From Escherichia coli (lineage in GTDB: Bacteria > Pseudomonadota > Gammaproteobacteria > Enterobacterales > Enterobacteriaceae), in the NCBI RefSeq assembly GCF_030013595.1, contig NZ_CP122769.1: 64,000 nt of DNA; one strand, 5' to 3'. Under the pieces are notes generated by a model. The model had not been told where the DNA came from, ran no database searches, and worked only from the letters and a program-made list of their open reading frames with translations. This document shows, one piece after another, positions 42,409 to 52,387 of this stretch. Position 1 is the stretch's first letter. Each line of letters starts with the position of its first letter. The translations under genes were made by a program, and so were the position numbers.

Positions 42409-42420
42409 GAAGAGATCAAG

Positions 42421-43236
42421 ATGAGAGAGCCAAGACCACGCCATACCTTGCAGGTCATTCGTGTACCTTCTCTGGAGGTTCAGGACCTGGGGCTGACCAG
42501 CTTTGATAGCTGGCTTGACGAGCACGGGTATGACAAAACGAATGCCAGAAATAACCGTACCATCTGGGCGAGAGAAGGCGGATGGCATCTGAAACGTTGC
42601 AGAAATCTTGAAACTGGCACGGACGATTTCTGGTTTATCGCTTTCGATGGTAAAGGCGGGAAGATTTACCCGCTGAAAACCCAAAGAGACTACCGGGCTG
42701 CATATCGTAAGCTGGAAGCAGAAGGTTATGCGCCTGCGGTCATCGAGCAAATGACCACAGGCGCAGCATATAACCTGGCCTATCCACGTTCCACCCTAAA
42801 ACAAGCTGAGACGGCCACCAGCGAGCCAATTCGGAAACCTGACGTAGATATCCAGGGTGAGCACTGCGAGCGCGTAGTGACGCAACGTAGTGGCGTGGCA
42901 CAGGGTAAATTCAAAGCTCTGCTCATCGAGAATTTCGCAGGCCGTTGTGCGGTAACCGGTTGGGTTAATGGAGGTGTCCTGGATGCGGCACACATTGAAC
43001 ATGGAACCCGGTACAATCCGTCTAATGGCATCCTGATGACTCCAACAATGCATGCGCTGTTTGATGCCGATCTTATGGGCATAGATCCGGCCACCCTGAC
43101 CGTTCATTTTAAGCCAGGCATTGAGGTGGGCGAGCTGTTTGAAGGCCGTAAAATCACACCGCTGGTGTACGATCTGGACTTAGAGCGGCTGGCCGTACGC
43201 TGGGCAGAATACCAGGGCCTTGCTCAGGACCAATGA
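42421..43236 (+). CDS. HNH endonuclease-domain protein
   Basis: C-terminal motif FAGRCAVTG..LDAAHI..NGILMTPTMHALFD (HNH_2-type). Confidence 0.7.
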   Translation: MREPRPRHTLQVIRVPSLEVQDLGLTSFDSWLDEHGYDKTNARNNRTIWAREGGWHLKRCRNLETGTDDFWFIAFDGKGGKIYPLKTQRDYRAAYRKLEAEGYAPAVIEQMTTGAAYNLAYPRSTLKQAETATSEPIRKPDVDIQGEHCERVVTQRSGVAQGKFKALLIENFAGRCAVTGWVNGGVLDAAHIEHGTRYNPSNGILMTPTMHALFDADLMGIDPATLTVHFKPGIEVGELFEGRKITPLVYDLDLERLAVRWAEYQGLAQDQ

Positions 43237-43489
43237 AGGGTGACAGCCAGGTTGTGCCTAAACCTGGCAGTAAAACCTGCATGCCACAAACCTTTAAATT
43301 CTGACTCAAGAGCCTGGCACAAGATAAAAGCGAAATGAAAAGGTTAAAACCGGTGCACCAGACCTCTTAGGTTTAATACCTGAGCCAGTATACTGGCAGT
43401 CTCAGGTAAGTGGGTATCATACACTTCAGAAATATCCACACCGAGATAACCGCAACAGTTAAAGAGCTAAAAAGGACGGTTTTAATTTT

Positions 43490-43611
43490 ATGAATAAAAC
43501 AGCTTTAATTATGATTCTGGGAATCCTCGGATGTGGTAAAGCATTTGCAGCCACTGAATTACAGCTCCAGCAAAAACGCGTTATGCATTTCTGTGCCAAT
43601 GCCAGCCTTCC
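43490..43611 (+). pseudogene. small secreted/lipoprotein-like gene truncated by IS1
   Basis: ATG with aaggacgg RBS, signal-peptide-like MNKTALIMILGILGCGKAFAA; reading frame runs into IS1 inverted repeat. Confidence 0.4.
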
Positions 43612-43667
43612 GGGTGATGATGCCAACTTACTGATTTAGTGTATGATGGTGTTTTTGAGGTGCTCCA

Positions 43668-43943
43668 GTGGCTTCTGTTTCTATCAGCTGTCCCTCCTGT
43701 TCAGCTACTGACGGGGTGGTGCGTAACGGCAAAAGCACCGCCGGACATCAGCGCTATCTCTGCTCTCACTGCCGTAAAACATGGCAACTGCAGTTCACTT
43801 ACACCGCTTCTCAACCCGGTACGCACCAGAAAATCATTGATATGGCCATGAATGGCGTTGGATGCCGGGCAACCGCCCGCATTATGGGCGTTGGCCTCAA
43901 CACGATTTTCCGCCATTTAAAAAACTCAGGCCGCAGTCGGTAA
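43668..43943 (+). CDS. insA: IS1 InsA
   Basis: 91 aa, [23 protein letters not shown]. Confidence 0.95.
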   Translation: MASVSISCPSCSATDGVVRNGKSTAGHQRYLCSHCRKTWQLQFTYTASQPGTHQKIIDMAMNGVGCRATARIMGVGLNTIFRHLKNSGRSR

Positions 43944-44365
43944 CCTCGCGCATACAGCCGGGCAGTGACGTCATCGTCTGCGCGGAAATGGACGAACAGT
44001 GGGGATACGTCGGGGCTAAATCGCGCCAGCGCTGGCTGTTTTACGCGTATGACAGGCTCCGGAAGACGGTTGTTGCGCACGTATTCGGTGAACGCACTAT
44101 GGCGACGCTGGGGCGTCTTATGAGCCTGCTGTCACCCTTTGACGTGGTGATATGGATGACGGATGGCTGGCCGCTGTATGAATCCCGCCTGAAGGGAAAG
44201 CTGCACGTAATCAGCAAGCGATATACGCAGCGAATTGAGCGGCATAACCTGAATCTGAGGCAGCACCTGGCACGGCTGGGACGGAAGTCGCTGTCGTTCT
44301 CAAAATCGGTGGAGCTGCATGACAAAGTCATCGGGCATTATCTGAACATAAAACACTATCAATAA
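43862..44365 (+). CDS. insB: IS1 InsB (expressed as InsAB' by -1 frameshift)
   Basis: 167-aa ORF overlapping insA in the -1 frame. Confidence 0.9.
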   Translation: MPGNRPHYGRWPQHDFPPFKKLRPQSVTSRIQPGSDVIVCAEMDEQWGYVGAKSRQRWLFYAYDRLRKTVVAHVFGERTMATLGRLMSLLSPFDVVIWMTDGWPLYESRLKGKLHVISKRYTQRIERHNLNLRQHLARLGRKSLSFSKSVELHDKVIGHYLNIKHYQ

Positions 44366-44523
44366 GTTGGAGTCATTACCGGCAGCATCAACTACATCGC
44401 AAGCAGTAAGAGTAAGTGACGATGCCACAGCAAGACACAATAAAGAAAATCTGTTTTTGAACATATTTGAGACCTTTTATAAAAATAAAATAACAGGAGA
44501 ATTGTATCATTAACAGTCTAGTT

Positions 44524-45189
44524 CTAACGACTACCACTTTTAAGTATGTATTGAGCCAGTTTTATATTCAGGCACACCATATTGCACTCTAGCTCTTTCA
44601 TCATTCTTGAAGAACTCTTAATTAAGTATTCTTCAAGTGGGCCAGCATATGCCCCTGATGTCACGATCGTTAGTTGCGTAAGAGGATGAGTCAAACTCTC
44701 AATGCCCTTCAGGATGTCATTCTGGACAGCAGCAATATAAACAGGCGAAGCCGCAATCAAATATTCATCATTCGGGCTGGACTGCATTAACTGGCTTATA
44801 GTTGCGCAACGGTTATGCTTACCTAGTGATTTTGTGATGGCTTTCCACCAGAGATCATGCCTGAATGGTACTTGATGAAATGTCGCCTCGTAAGAGGGCA
44901 CCCGATCTCGACTATTTAAAAACCCCATCCCGGCAGAGATTATCCACAACTCCAGATTTCTGGTTGAGTTTAAAATTTCCTTTGCCGTAGACCAGTGATT
45001 ACCTGAATACAAGGACAATGCCGGTACCGCCTGATTACTTCTGGCGTCGTCTACAATGTTACTCCAGGCATATGCTGCGTCGTCCGGGGTTTGTTTTGGA
45101 TCTATGTCCAATGTCGGCCAGACGTGGCCCTGATGATTCTTGCCCTTTGTACAGGAAGTGATTAAGTGTACTGAGCGTTCAGAGAACAT
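44524..45189 (-). CDS. hypothetical protein
   Basis: 221-aa ORF, no recognisable motif. Confidence 0.5.
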   Translation of the reverse strand: MFSERSVHLITSCTKGKNHQGHVWPTLDIDPKQTPDDAAYAWSNIVDDARSNQAVPALSLYSGNHWSTAKEILNSTRNLELWIISAGMGFLNSRDRVPSYEATFHQVPFRHDLWWKAITKSLGKHNRCATISQLMQSSPNDEYLIAASPVYIAAVQNDILKGIESLTHPLTQLTIVTSGAYAGPLEEYLIKSSSRMMKELECNMVCLNIKLAQYILKSGSR

Positions 45190-45246
45190 TATCTTCCTTA
45201 CATACCCATAGAACAGCTTTCTAAGAACGGTGGGCTCGCCTGAAAA

Positions 45247-45627
45247 TTACAAATCAGCCCCTTTCACGGCATCATTTTGATTCTTCGCGTCTGCCCCCAG
45301 TAAGATGACCGGTTTTCTGCATGACAGTGTTATTCCTAACAAACGCAACACAAAACCACGCCAGCCAGAGCAAATTTTTTCATTTGCTGCGTAAAGCCTA
45401 TTGTTTTCTCTTTTAAGCTTCGCCCACTCGTTACAGAGGGTAACATCATCAAGCGCTGTTATATGCTTCGCCTCACCTTCGACGATAACGGTATGGATAC
45501 CGTATGCTGTAAATCTCATACTATTTTCCAGAACCCAGTTGCGGTATTCGTCGAGTCCACCTTCGGAACCGGTAGCTCTGCGCCACATTTCAATTTGCTT
45601 GTGTGATGGGTCAAGTGTACTTGTCAT
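45247..45627 (-). CDS. hypothetical protein
   Basis: 126-aa ORF upstream of and co-directional with 44524-45189. Confidence 0.45.
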   Translation of the reverse strand: MTSTLDPSHKQIEMWRRATGSEGGLDEYRNWVLENSMRFTAYGIHTVIVEGEAKHITALDDVTLCNEWAKLKRENNRLYAANEKICSGWRGFVLRLLGITLSCRKPVILLGADAKNQNDAVKGADL

Positions 45628-45895
45628 TGAAGCCTCGTCTCAGCGATAACGCTTGAAATAGCCCGCTTTGGTCATCATGAAATTAGCCATCTGACTGGCG
45701 ATTTGATTGTATCTTACTCATAGTGCCCTACCTATAGGTTAAAAAGGGGCATTTTCGCTTTATAGCGTGTTCAGCAGCATCAATCCTCCCAAGAAAGGCT
45801 GGCTTATTAAGCCGGTCCATCATTTTCTGTATATCTCTCATCAATTTTTATATCCGCCCTGGAGTGCACCGTTCAAGCACACCGATTAGGCAGAT

Positions 45896-45954
45896 AGTCA
45901 CTAGTTAACTCTTTACTAGTGACTAAATTCCATTGATATACGTGACAACGTCAC
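45896..45954. repeat. palindromic elements in intergenic region
   Basis: agtcactagt-taactcttt-actagtgact (10-bp arms) and gtgac-aac-gtcac. Confidence 0.5.
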
Positions 45955-46220
45955 GTCATGAAAGCTTTTAAATGCCTATTTTTCATACAATGGGATTTAA
46001 TTAGGAGTAAATCCCATAGGCTTACATAAGGATGACAATTAAAAGCGTTAAATATCAACCAGATAGAATGATTACCCCCAATTAATGGGCTCATCACATT
46101 ATTTCACTGGCTGGGGTTATTGCTGGCATATCTGAAAGTGCTAATATGTTAGTCATTAGTAATTAGTAAAGCCTTTACTAAACGCGTTTCTACGTAAATT
46201 CTATAGGTTTTATAGGGTCC

Positions 46221-46301
46221 TGTCCGAGGACAATAAAGTTGTACACAAAGCACTAAAGTTGTAACCATTCTCAAAAAACGACGCTAATGTTGTATACTTA
46301 C
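46221..46301 (+). repeat. Tn7-like right-end terminus with TnsB-binding-site-like repeats
   Basis: TGTCCGAG-GACAATAAAGTTGTA... parallels the Tn7R terminus TGTGGGCG-GACAATAAAGTCTTA (from memory); further AAGTTGTA/ATGTTGTA repeats at 46251-46270 and 46282-46301; about 80 bp upstream of tnsA. Confidence 0.55.
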
Positions 46302-46378
46302 TGAATGTGTGGTTATAGGGTTGGAGACTATAAAATGCACATATAGGTACGTATCAATGTCGTTTTTAGGGTACGATC

Positions 46379-47221
46379 ATGGCTAGGGGTAGGCGTCTCA
46401 AATCCTATTTGGATTATGAAAATGCGCTAGGTGACGGCATAGGAGTGGGCTATGGCCAAAGTTATCAGCCCTGGCTTAGAGCTCAGGACGTTAAATCCCG
46501 TGGAAACCGTTCGATAGTCTTTGGCCTTAAGACGTTTCGAAACCATCATCTCCTTTCTTCTGTCGAAAGTAACTTTTTCTATCTGGCTGAGTTTAATGAC
46601 TCGGTGATTGATATCCGGGAACAATTCCCACTCTTTCCTCTCCGGCTTACCCAACAAATAGCAAATCATCTACATTTTCAACATCCTATGGTGAGGGGAG
46701 TAAGAGGAGTACCTGTCGAAGTTCTGAATGTTATGACAACCGATTTTTTACTGACCTTGAGAACTCCTGAAGGCGGACTTCGATACAAAGCTATAGCAGT
46801 AAAACATAACGAGAGCATACCTGAACGCGAAGCCCAAAAACTTGAAATAGAGAGGATGTTTTGGCAGTTGATTGATGTTGAGTTTCAAATTTATGTTGGC
46901 TCGGAACTCAATAACGTCGTCGGTAAAAACATTTGCTGGGCTACTTCTGTATTAAGAGATGGTTCTGAATTTTATGATAAATATCCTCTTGATAAAATCC
47001 TATGGAAGCTTAAACCAGATGTTTATCCCATAGTAGGACTACGTGCAATGATTTCATCAATCTTTGGGGTAGATGCACAAGAAGCGATGATGTTATTGCA
47101 GGCAATGATTGGATTAAAAATGATAAATGTTGATTTATCATATCCAATACTCGAAACCGGTCTGATAAAGATAATTTCCAATGACCACTATATAGGACTG
47201 AACGCAAATGGATATTATTAG
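46379..47221 (+). CDS. tnsA: Tn7-like transposase subunit TnsA
   Basis: 280 aa, position and size; overlaps tnsB start. Confidence 0.75.
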   Translation: MARGRRLKSYLDYENALGDGIGVGYGQSYQPWLRAQDVKSRGNRSIVFGLKTFRNHHLLSSVESNFFYLAEFNDSVIDIREQFPLFPLRLTQQIANHLHFQHPMVRGVRGVPVEVLNVMTTDFLLTLRTPEGGLRYKAIAVKHNESIPEREAQKLEIERMFWQLIDVEFQIYVGSELNNVVGKNICWATSVLRDGSEFYDKYPLDKILWKLKPDVYPIVGLRAMISSIFGVDAQEAMMLLQAMIGLKMINVDLSYPILETGLIKIISNDHYIGLNANGYY

Positions 47222-49331
47222 GAATTCAGTCTGGCTCTCTCAAGGCACTGATTTGCTTGCAGAGGGACTTTACCGTGTTTTGGATTTTGACAGAAAGGTC
47301 GATTTGTTAATTTTGTTTAAAATAAAATCAGAAAGAACGGGTAAGCCAATCCCTTTCTCATTTTCAATGTTTAAATATTATATTGAATCAAATAGCATAA
47401 CTTGTAAAGATTATATATATCCTTCATATATGTTAGTAGATGAGAAAGAATTAACAGATAAAGACAGAGGAAGGCGAGATGAAAATTACAATATCATTAA
47501 AGATCTTGTAGATGACAGAATGTTTCTGTTCGACTATGCATTACATAAAAAGTCGCACCTTTTAATGGATTACTCAAGAAATAAAAAAATATCACAATAT
47601 ACTATCAGAACGCTTCTGGCGTTGTATTGGCGACATGGGCAGGATATTTATGCATTGCTACCCGCATTCTCGAACTGTGGCGCCGCTGGGAAAAGTAGAA
47701 TCAAACATGAAATTAAACTTGGGAATTCCAAAAAAAACAGAGCATTACCTAATGAACGATCACGTGTTTTCATTCTTAATGAAAGAGATATAAATAATAT
47801 TAGAAAATCTCTCATTACGTATCATTATAAAGTTAACGGAGATACGATAAAGAAAACATTAGAGAGACATATTGATTTGTATTTTAGGGATGAAATTAAA
47901 ACAGCAAACCTAGAAAATAGAGCTCCATATGTTCCTTCTTTAAAACAATTTTCATACTGGAATAAAAAACTCTTCACTAAAGATTTCTCGATAAATAAGA
48001 AGAACACGAAAAAAGAAATAGACCTCAAAATGCGGGCGCTTTTAGGTAGTGTGGCTAATACAACTGTTTTGCCGGGTGATGTTTTCGAAATAGACTCAAC
48101 TGTCGCTGATGTACATCTTATTTCGAGTTTAAACAGACGAAAAGTCATTGGGCGTCCTACTATTTATACAGTGGTGGATCGTGCAACAAGAATGATTGTT
48201 GGCCTTCATGTTTCTTTATACCATGCTTCATGGCGAGCCGCCCGACAAGCGTTAGCAAATTGCTTTATGCCAAAAAAAGAATATTGTAGATTATTTGGAA
48301 TCTCTATTACTGATGATGATTGGCCTTGTTCTCACATTCCATTAACATTGATGTGTGACAACGGGGAGATGATTGGTCTTAAACCTCAGGAAGAGATGAC
48401 CCCCCTGACAAAACTTGAGTTTGCGCCAGTCGGTAGAGGCGACAGAAAAAGCATTGTTGAACGCTGTTTCGGCATTCTGAATGATGAGGTTATTCATAGG
48501 CTTATTGGAACAACACGAAGGGGAAAGATTGTTAAAGGAGAGCCAACACCGCAATCCAGGGCTTGTTTAACGATTCAGGAGGTCACGTCTTTACTGATTC
48601 GGGAGATACTTGCACATAATCAGAGAACGTATGAGGAACTGGCTTATATCAATCCCTTACTGATTGAAAATGATCTCGTAATATCACCAAAAAATAGTTG
48701 GATGATAAGCTTAAAGCACGGGAGATTCAGCGCAAGAGCCGTTGGGGCCGACGAAGTGATCGCACGATTGTTAATCCCTGTGAACGCTAACATTACCGCC
48801 GGTGGGATTCAGTACAATAATCTTTTTTATGAATGTGATCCTGAAATTGCATCAGGTGTCAGAGTATTTGGAAGAACCACTTGTGAAGCAAGAATAGATG
48901 ACAATTGCGTAGATTATATATATGTAAGATTTGACAAAAATAGCATTTTCAAAAAACATTACCTACTTAAGAAAAGAGATGTATTTAAAGGGAAAGCTCA
49001 TCTTGATACAGATGTAATGGCTGATTGGGTAGATACTCAAAAAGAAATTAATTTATTTACTCTGGATTCGCTCAGCAATATCAATAATAAAGATGAATTT
49101 AACAGGAAAGGTAACGAAAGATTAAATGAAATATACGAATCTCGCCGGGTACATGGTAAAGATATTAAAAAGAACAGAAAAAATGAACTTGATTCATTAG
49201 GGCGAACTCATGTTGCTAATGGAAGATCTGAACCCCTACTTCCTTCATCCAGTAATGTTCTGCTTTTGCCTGGCCGGGAGGAGAAACAAAGATGGTTAAA
49301 AGGTAAGAAGAAGACTGAGGACGCAGAATAA
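47208..49331 (+). CDS. tnsB: Tn7-like DDE transposase TnsB
   Basis: 707 aa; DDE core region (EIDSTVADV..VVDRATRMIVG..MCDNGEM). Confidence 0.85.
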   Translation: MDIIRNSVWLSQGTDLLAEGLYRVLDFDRKVDLLILFKIKSERTGKPIPFSFSMFKYYIESNSITCKDYIYPSYMLVDEKELTDKDRGRRDENYNIIKDLVDDRMFLFDYALHKKSHLLMDYSRNKKISQYTIRTLLALYWRHGQDIYALLPAFSNCGAAGKSRIKHEIKLGNSKKNRALPNERSRVFILNERDINNIRKSLITYHYKVNGDTIKKTLERHIDLYFRDEIKTANLENRAPYVPSLKQFSYWNKKLFTKDFSINKKNTKKEIDLKMRALLGSVANTTVLPGDVFEIDSTVADVHLISSLNRRKVIGRPTIYTVVDRATRMIVGLHVSLYHASWRAARQALANCFMPKKEYCRLFGISITDDDWPCSHIPLTLMCDNGEMIGLKPQEEMTPLTKLEFAPVGRGDRKSIVERCFGILNDEVIHRLIGTTRRGKIVKGEPTPQSRACLTIQEVTSLLIREILAHNQRTYEELAYINPLLIENDLVISPKNSWMISLKHGRFSARAVGADEVIARLLIPVNANITAGGIQYNNLFYECDPEIASGVRVFGRTTCEARIDDNCVDYIYVRFDKNSIFKKHYLLKKRDVFKGKAHLDTDVMADWVDTQKEINLFTLDSLSNINNKDEFNRKGNERLNEIYESRRVHGKDIKKNRKNELDSLGRTHVANGRSEPLLPSSSNVLLLPGREEKQRWLKGKKKTEDAE

Positions 49332-50779
49332 TGAATCTTATACGGCGCGTTTCAGCGATATATAAAGAACAGGAGTTACCTGAGTATCGTGGCAATCCCT
49401 TAATTGAAGCACTTCCTGAAGCGCTTACGGAAGATGAAGTACTTCTGGAAATGAGTTATTTCCCCGAAATTGACGAAAAAATCCGCTGGACTGCCCCGGC
49501 GAATGTTAGAGAGCAGTATGTCGAACGTATAAAGAAATTCCGTTGCCCTCAAACCAATCTTATCCAGGCTTATAAGATGATCTTACGGGCACTTAGGGAA
49601 AGCTATGCAGCTCGTAATCCTTTAAAAAGCGGAACAATTCAATATCTTCATTACTATGGAAATGAGCGTCCTGATATTGAGCCAGAAAGTGGATATTTTA
49701 AATCCCAGGCTGAAACTATTACGATAGTTGGAATGAGTGGTTCTGGAAAAACTACCATGATTGAGCAAGTCATGGAACATTTCCCTCAGATTATAGAACA
49801 CAGCAGCTATAAAGGAGTTTTTCCCGGCTTCAGTAAGCAAATTGTATGGGTAAAGATTAATTGTCCATACAATTCAAGTGTGAGAGACCTTTGTGAAGAG
49901 ATTTTACAAAAATTAGATGATGCAATTGGTATTGAACGAACTACACCTGAGATTAGAAATGGTGCTCTGGCTCGCCAGATTGCACAAAGAATTAAATCAT
50001 CATTTTTGGGTATCCTTGTTATTGATGAAATGCAGAGGCTTAAATTTTCAAGAACCGGGGGTGAGAGTAAGTTGATTGATTTTTTACATGAAATTGTAGA
50101 TTCCATGGGGGTATCTATGGTTTTTTGTGGAAATCATCCTTTTGACGAGACGCTGACAAAGAAAATGAGAATTGCCAGGCGGGCAGAGTCTGGTGGTTAC
50201 ATGAAAATTAAGAATGTTAGATACGATTCACAAGACTGGCAATCGTTTATTCATTATTTATGGCCATTACAATGGACAAATGTTGAAACTCCATTAAATG
50301 ATGAGTTAAACGAAAAATTATTCATTTTATCTAAAGGCAATATTGGATTGGCTCAGATGATTTATCGGGGGGCACAATTAAAGGTTATCGGTAGCGGCAA
50401 TGAAATCATCACTGGCGCAGTCTTGTCGGCCTCTGTACCGGTACTCGTGAGTCATACGGAGGAATATAAGGATACTCCACTCCCGGGGGCCGCGACTGAA
50501 GATGAGGAAGCTAAATGGCTCTCTGCATCTAATGAGGGTGATGCTTCGGCTAAAATCATGGCAGAGAAGTCCCTAAAGTCTTTGATCCCTGGGGATATAG
50601 ACAGGCCACAGCACAAGGAATTCGTAGGAAAAATAGACGAGGTTTTGCGCAATTTCGACGAGAAAATACTGTCTCTTGACCACGATCTTGTTATCAACAG
50701 AACAGCTGAAAAGAAAAATACCTACGATGCTCTTCAGCGTTGCGGGCTTATAAATATAGATCCACTTAATAAATTGTAA
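49331..50779 (+). CDS. tnsC: Tn7-like AAA+ ATPase TnsC
   Basis: Walker A GMSGSGKTT, Walker B VIDEMQ. Confidence 0.85.
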   Translation: MNLIRRVSAIYKEQELPEYRGNPLIEALPEALTEDEVLLEMSYFPEIDEKIRWTAPANVREQYVERIKKFRCPQTNLIQAYKMILRALRESYAARNPLKSGTIQYLHYYGNERPDIEPESGYFKSQAETITIVGMSGSGKTTMIEQVMEHFPQIIEHSSYKGVFPGFSKQIVWVKINCPYNSSVRDLCEEILQKLDDAIGIERTTPEIRNGALARQIAQRIKSSFLGILVIDEMQRLKFSRTGGESKLIDFLHEIVDSMGVSMVFCGNHPFDETLTKKMRIARRAESGGYMKIKNVRYDSQDWQSFIHYLWPLQWTNVETPLNDELNEKLFILSKGNIGLAQMIYRGAQLKVIGSGNEIITGAVLSASVPVLVSHTEEYKDTPLPGAATEDEEAKWLSASNEGDASAKIMAEKSLKSLIPGDIDRPQHKEFVGKIDEVLRNFDEKILSLDHDLVINRTAEKKNTYDALQRCGLINIDPLNKL

Positions 50780-50819
50780 TGAGGTAACAGTTCGTAACGG
50801 TCAAAGAGAGGTGTGGGAA

Positions 50820-52376
50820 ATGAGAATGTTGCCTGTTTTGCCTGATGAATCCTTGTTCAGCCGGTTTTGTCGGACAACTACCGTGTACGGTATGTCCCCA
50901 TCTTCTCTGTTAACGATCATTTTCAACAAACCTGATATGAACGTCCATCCAATTCTCAATTCAGGATTAAAGGCTATTTCTCTTCATACATCCGAAAGTG
51001 CAGATCAGCTCTGGCATGAACAGACTTTACTCCCTCTTTTTGCCTGGGCACTACCAATCAGTCGTAATGAAATTATGGATTTCAACACGACCCCTGCCAG
51101 GCTTAATCGATTGTGCCGCCTTAGTAATTTTTCACTAGGGCAGCGCACACTATTGAAGTTTTGCCCGGTTTGCGCTCGTGAAGATACTTTTCATTATGGT
51201 GTTACTTATTGGCATCTGGCGCATCAGCTTCATGGGGTTACAACCTGCCATCGGCATCCGGTAGCGCTTGAAAGCATCCATGTCCCTTCTTCACCGCACA
51301 TACGTATTGGACTGATGCCTCCTGTTTCGTATACAGAACAACTTAGCAATGAGATAGACTTCGATTTTGCTAAGTTTTGTTATGAGTCCCTAAATATAAT
51401 CAGAAGAAAAGATATTACACACCCCAATTACATGGATGTACTTAAAAAGTTGAATTTATTATCATTGGATGGAAATTTAAAGAAAAATGTATTCTACGCA
51501 CATGTTTATGCTAAGTGCCAGTTATTTGGGGAGGGTTCATCGGGACTTATACCAACATCCCTAACTGATTATCATTACTGGGAGCCTATACTCAAAGACA
51601 AATGTTGTCAGCATCCCACAAAGCATCTTTTGCTTTGTTATTGTTTGTTAAATACTTGCTGGCCAACGTATGCAGGAAGTCGTACTAATAAAAAGAAAGA
51701 AATCTTTAAAAGTCATAAGAAATACAGTTTTCATATAGTTGAAAATAATACTAGTGTTAGCAACCTTGGGAAGGAATTTAGTCGCAGCAGATGTTACATT
51801 AAAACACTTATTTATAAAAAATACCTGAGGGCGTTTAAGCGAAACACAAAAATTAATATATTCACTGAATTGCTTATCAAGTCTATGGCTGTAAGGGGGT
51901 TTAGTCTGGCATCCATAGCTGAGAAAAACTCATTATCGGAAGGAGCTGTATCCTCTGTAATTTCATCTTGTTACGGTTTATGCTCATGGCGTAAAAAATG
52001 TAAAAAAGATTCTTTAAGACGGCGTCATAAGCAGAAAATATTAAGATTTATACATAATCAATCCGTTTCTATAACACGAAAGTTAGTCAAAGAAAGTTGT
52101 TATGCAAGTTTCTATTGGCTAAATAAACATGAATGTGACTGGCTTAATTCCTGTCTTCCTAAAACAATACGATGCTATAAAAATAAAAGAGTAGACTGGA
52201 GCGAGAGAGATATTATCTCATCATCATTAATAAATGATGTTTTATCTCAGGGGCAGTACTCGATGTCACTTACAAGTCTAGATGCTTTACTGGGAGGGCA
52301 TGGCTGGCTTTTGAAATACAGAGATAAACTACCAATGACAATGATACTTCTCAGAAAAATGGAACTAATTAAATAA
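50820..52376 (+). CDS. tnsD: TnsD/TniQ-family target-selection protein
   Basis: N-terminal LPDESLFSRF and zinc finger CPVC..H..CHRH; ATG 50820 with gagagg RBS. Confidence 0.7.
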   Translation: MRMLPVLPDESLFSRFCRTTTVYGMSPSSLLTIIFNKPDMNVHPILNSGLKAISLHTSESADQLWHEQTLLPLFAWALPISRNEIMDFNTTPARLNRLCRLSNFSLGQRTLLKFCPVCAREDTFHYGVTYWHLAHQLHGVTTCHRHPVALESIHVPSSPHIRIGLMPPVSYTEQLSNEIDFDFAKFCYESLNIIRRKDITHPNYMDVLKKLNLLSLDGNLKKNVFYAHVYAKCQLFGEGSSGLIPTSLTDYHYWEPILKDKCCQHPTKHLLLCYCLLNTCWPTYAGSRTNKKKEIFKSHKKYSFHIVENNTSVSNLGKEFSRSRCYIKTLIYKKYLRAFKRNTKINIFTELLIKSMAVRGFSLASIAEKNSLSEGAVSSVISSCYGLCSWRKKCKKDSLRRRHKQKILRFIHNQSVSITRKLVKESCYASFYWLNKHECDWLNSCLPKTIRCYKNKRVDWSERDIISSSLINDVLSQGQYSMSLTSLDALLGGHGWLLKYRDKLPMTMILLRKMELIK

Positions 52377-52387
52377 GAGGGAGTTAT

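Larger units (their letters stand above)
43612..44380 (+). mobile_element. IS1 copy 1 (no target-site duplication)
   Basis: Ends ggtgatgatgccaacttactgat ... aataagttggagtcattacc; insA and insB present. Confidence 0.9.
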
